DNA of 64,000 nucleotides from Luminiphilus sp. (GTDB lineage: Bacteria > Pseudomonadota > Gammaproteobacteria > Pseudomonadales > Halieaceae). The stretch spans positions 183 through 64,182 of the forward strand of contig CBFHTF010000004.1 in the NCBI GenBank assembly GCA_965658685.1, written 5' to 3'. The translations under genes were made by a program, and so were the position numbers. This document shows positions 61,680 through 64,000 of this stretch, one piece after another; the first letter of the stretch is position 1; every line of letters starts with the position of its first letter. Below the pieces are notes generated by a model that made no database searches, was not told the DNA's origin, and saw only the letters and a program-made list of their open reading frames with translations.

Positions 61680-62512
61680 GGTTTGCCCGGCTTACTTTGG
61701 TAGGCAATGAGCGGGTCGGTATTGCCGCTATCAGGACTATGTGCCAATGCTTCCATGAACAATAAAAATAGCTCCGCCTGAGACGATACATCGAGCTTTG
61801 AGTAAGCGTGTTTACGATGCAGTTTCACAGTTTCCGTCGAAATGCTCAGTTTTTCAGCAATCATTCGCGTGCTGTTGCCAAGCAGCACTAGCTCGGTTAT
61901 CTGGCGCTCCCGTTTCGTCAGGATACTGGCACCGAACGCCGCTAGGGATCGATGGAGTTGTTGTCGTAATCCCGGTTCACTGGGCTGTTGCTCACGCTTG
62001 CCACGCCAGTGGTGCTGAGCAATGGCAGACACTAATGGGTATAGGTCTTCTAGCAAGCGCACTTGCCCGGGATGAAACTGGGTATTGCTACCAGTCAACC
62101 CAAGGGCAAGGTTAATAAAACCGTCTGACAAGGGAACAAGCAGGCCGCACTCGTCGTTAAAGCCACAGTTACGATACCAGCCCCGGTAATACTCACTTTC
62201 GTGAAAACCCTCTGGCGCAAGCTCGTTCAGCTGAAAAACACCAAAGCGCTGCTCATTGGCAGCAGCTCGGTAGAATGGATCGAGTAAAAAAGGCCCCTTC
62301 AGATAGGTCTCGAGGGTTCCTTGGATCGCCGCCCCAGGCGGTGCCGAATAAGCGATGGTGGGTAGGCTAGTGGATCCATACCTGAGCAACGTCACATCGT
62401 CGGCACCCACAAGCTGGCGCAAGGCCTGTGAAAGGGCGCTGGGAAAATCGTCGCTGCCCATAGCGTTAACCACTGGTGCCAGGGCAACCGAAATGTCAGT
62501 AAGAGTTGGCAT
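61676..62512 (-). CDS. LuxR/GerE-family transcriptional regulator with uncharacterised N-terminal sensor-like domain
   Basis: C-terminal HTH LTKRERQITELVLLGNSTRMIAEKLSISTETVKLHRKHAYSKLDV. ATG 62512 preferred (the maximal ORF at 62629 overlaps the MarR gene). Confidence 0.8.
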   Translation of the reverse strand: MPTLTDISVALAPVVNAMGSDDFPSALSQALRQLVGADDVTLLRYGSTSLPTIAYSAPPGAAIQGTLETYLKGPFLLDPFYRAAANEQRFGVFQLNELAPEGFHESEYYRGWYRNCGFNDECGLLVPLSDGFINLALGLTGSNTQFHPGQVRLLEDLYPLVSAIAQHHWRGKREQQPSEPGLRQQLHRSLAAFGASILTKRERQITELVLLGNSTRMIAEKLSISTETVKLHRKHAYSKLDVSSQAELFLLFMEALAHSPDSGNTDPLIAYQSKPGKP

Positions 62513-62588
62513 AGCGTGAAGCTTAGCCGCAGCGCGTACCCTGTACAAACACGGCGATGCCCTATCCTGGGTAGCTTGCGAAGTGTTG

Positions 62589-63062
62589 TCAGATAACAGA
62601 CTCTCCACTGAGCAGTATAGGTGCGGCATCTAGCTCTTCCGCATCCATCATCGTGGCTACCCGTTCAAGTGCCGCCACTATTTGATGTTGTTCCCAGGTC
62701 TCGAGCCGACCAAATCGGTCGACAAAGCTATCTTGTAACGGTTTCGGGGCGTCGGCGCGCTTTTGCTCACCCGCTTCAGTCAGAGTCACGATGACCCGTC
62801 TTCGGTCGACTTTGCTGCGCTCCCGGTGCACAAGTTGCTGGGTTTCCAATCGATTCAAAATCGTGGTCACCGTGGCTAAGCTGAGGCTCACAGCCTTGGC
62901 AATATCGGATACGGTAGGATCACGTAACTCACCGATGGTGCGAATTATCACCAGCTGTGGGGTTGTTAATCCGGACTGCTTGCCGAGCTTACGTGAGTGC
63001 AGGTCCGTTGCGCGAATGATACGGCGCAGAGAGACAAGCACTTGATCTGGTAGGTCACTCAT
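62589..63062 (-). CDS. MarR-family transcriptional regulator
   Basis: 157 aa; winged-HTH LTTPQLVIIRTIGELRDPTVSDIAKAVSLSLATVTTILNRLETQQLVHRERSKVDRRRV. Confidence 0.88.
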   Translation of the reverse strand: MSDLPDQVLVSLRRIIRATDLHSRKLGKQSGLTTPQLVIIRTIGELRDPTVSDIAKAVSLSLATVTTILNRLETQQLVHRERSKVDRRRVIVTLTEAGEQKRADAPKPLQDSFVDRFGRLETWEQHQIVAALERVATMMDAEELDAAPILLSGESVI

Positions 63063-63071
63063 AACAAATGT

Positions 63072-64000
63072 TTACGCCGATAGTTTCACTAAATCGGGGC
63101 CAAGGGCTTGCTTGAGCGGGTTCAACCACGGCTCAAAGTGGCGCCACTGCTCCAGTGCCGATGAATAAATGGGTTGTCTGACTTGCTCCGATGATGGCGT
63201 CCGCACATTGCGCTCAGTCTTATAAAACGTCAAACAAGATTCTTCGAAAGGAAGGCCGCAGAAGGTCAGCATACGTCTCACTTCCCCTTCTAGATCGGCC
63301 ACTACCTTTTCATGCTCAACACGTAATACAAAACCGGGTATGACCTTGTCCCAGTGATCCATCAATGTCAGATAGTCGCAGTAATAGGCACCGATATCCT
63401 CGAGCGAGTAACTAAAAAATTGCCCCTCTGCAAATAACTGCTTGTAGCCACTAAAGCAGCAGGCCATGGGTGATCGCCGAGCATCGATGATTTTCGCATT
63501 GGGTAGCATGCGCTTAATAAGGCCGATATGTCGAAAATTATTAGGCATTTTATCGATGAAATAGGGCGCGCCTTGACGGTGAATACGTGTATCCCGCAAA
63601 TACTCTTCACCCAGAGCCGTCAATTCCTCATCCGACAAACTCGCTAAATTGAATGGATAGGGGTGCTCACCCCGTTTCCGGCCGCGACGGCGTAATTTGC
63701 CGCTTAACGAGAGCACATTGGGTAGCTCCATAGTACCGTCGATTTGACTGTGTGATGACAGAATTTGCTCTAGCAGTGTGGAACCTGCCCGCGGTAAACC
63801 AACAATAAAAATGGGGTCCGGGTCGGTGCAGCCGGCGGCAGTTTGGAAGAGTTCAGGTCCGCAGGCAGCTATTTGGTCAAGTACTTCTCGGTGTGTACCT
63901 TCGGCCTTGTACTGCACTTGGGCACGCTTAATGGCGTTACCTTTTGCGTAGTGATGAAAGGAGCGTTCGTAGTCCTTTTCGTCCTCGAAGGCTTTGCCTA
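63072..64000 (-). CDS. TPR repeat-containing sulfotransferase (TPST/RaxST-like), 5' part beyond the window
   Basis: FIVGLPRAGSTLLEQIL (PAPS loop), RSPMACCFSG and RTPSSEQVRQPIYSSALEQWRHFEPWL. The frame stays open upstream of the ORF-track GTG to the window edge (GKAFEDEKDYERSFHHYAKGNAIKRAQ), which aligns with the TPR/linker of the 60105-61679 paralogue. Confidence 0.85.
   Translation of the reverse strand, partial: GKAFEDEKDYERSFHHYAKGNAIKRAQVQYKAEGTHREVLDQIAACGPELFQTAAGCTDPDPIFIVGLPRAGSTLLEQILSSHSQIDGTMELPNVLSLSGKLRRRGRKRGEHPYPFNLASLSDEELTALGEEYLRDTRIHRQGAPYFIDKMPNNFRHIGLIKRMLPNAKIIDARRSPMACCFSGYKQLFAEGQFFSYSLEDIGAYYCDYLTLMDHWDKVIPGFVLRVEHEKVVADLEGEVRRMLTFCGLPFEESCLTFYKTERNVRTPSSEQVRQPIYSSALEQWRHFEPWLNPLKQALGPDLVKLSA

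Overview
This window looks like a chromosomal, mostly core-genome segment of a moderately GC-rich gammaproteobacterium. A marine origin is an inference from the ectoine genes, the many TonB-dependent receptors and a Vibrio-type TonB2 cluster. Coding density is high, and many adjacent genes are translationally coupled through ATGA, GTGA or TTGA overlaps.

Gene order reproduces well-known Pseudomonas-type synteny blocks:
- tkt-epd-pgk-fba on the minus strand, then ilvA.
- ygfA, ssrS (6S RNA), zapA and a TIGR02449-like gene, diverging from ygfB-pepP-ubiH-ubiI-gcvH.
- rppH-ptsP-lgt-thyA-folA.
- A 7-gene TonB2/Ttp-type energy-transduction cluster.
- cspA, pyk-glpQ, ubiX, gor, an RNase J-like gene, an S8 lipoprotein protease and ectABC-ask.

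I found no transposase, integrase, tRNA, rRNA, CRISPR array, phage genes or recognisable defence or toxin-antitoxin modules, and no clear island boundary. I therefore cannot point to an obvious new multi-gene system. The best candidates for something under-described are:
1. Three paralogous TPR plus TPST/RaxST-like sulfotransferase genes. Two of them bracket a MarR-LuxR regulator pair in a co-directional string with a TonB-dependent receptor. The third follows another receptor and a methyltransferase.
2. A small operon of a SnoaL-like protein, a His/Cys-rich DUF2946-like protein and a TonB-dependent receptor. The receptor carries a near-perfect 11 x 9-bp tandem repeat encoding (HEE)11.
3. The Ttp-type TonB cluster with duplicated ExbD.

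An unannotated 6S RNA is clearly visible between zapA and ygfA. All family calls come from motif and synteny recognition by eye. No searches were run.
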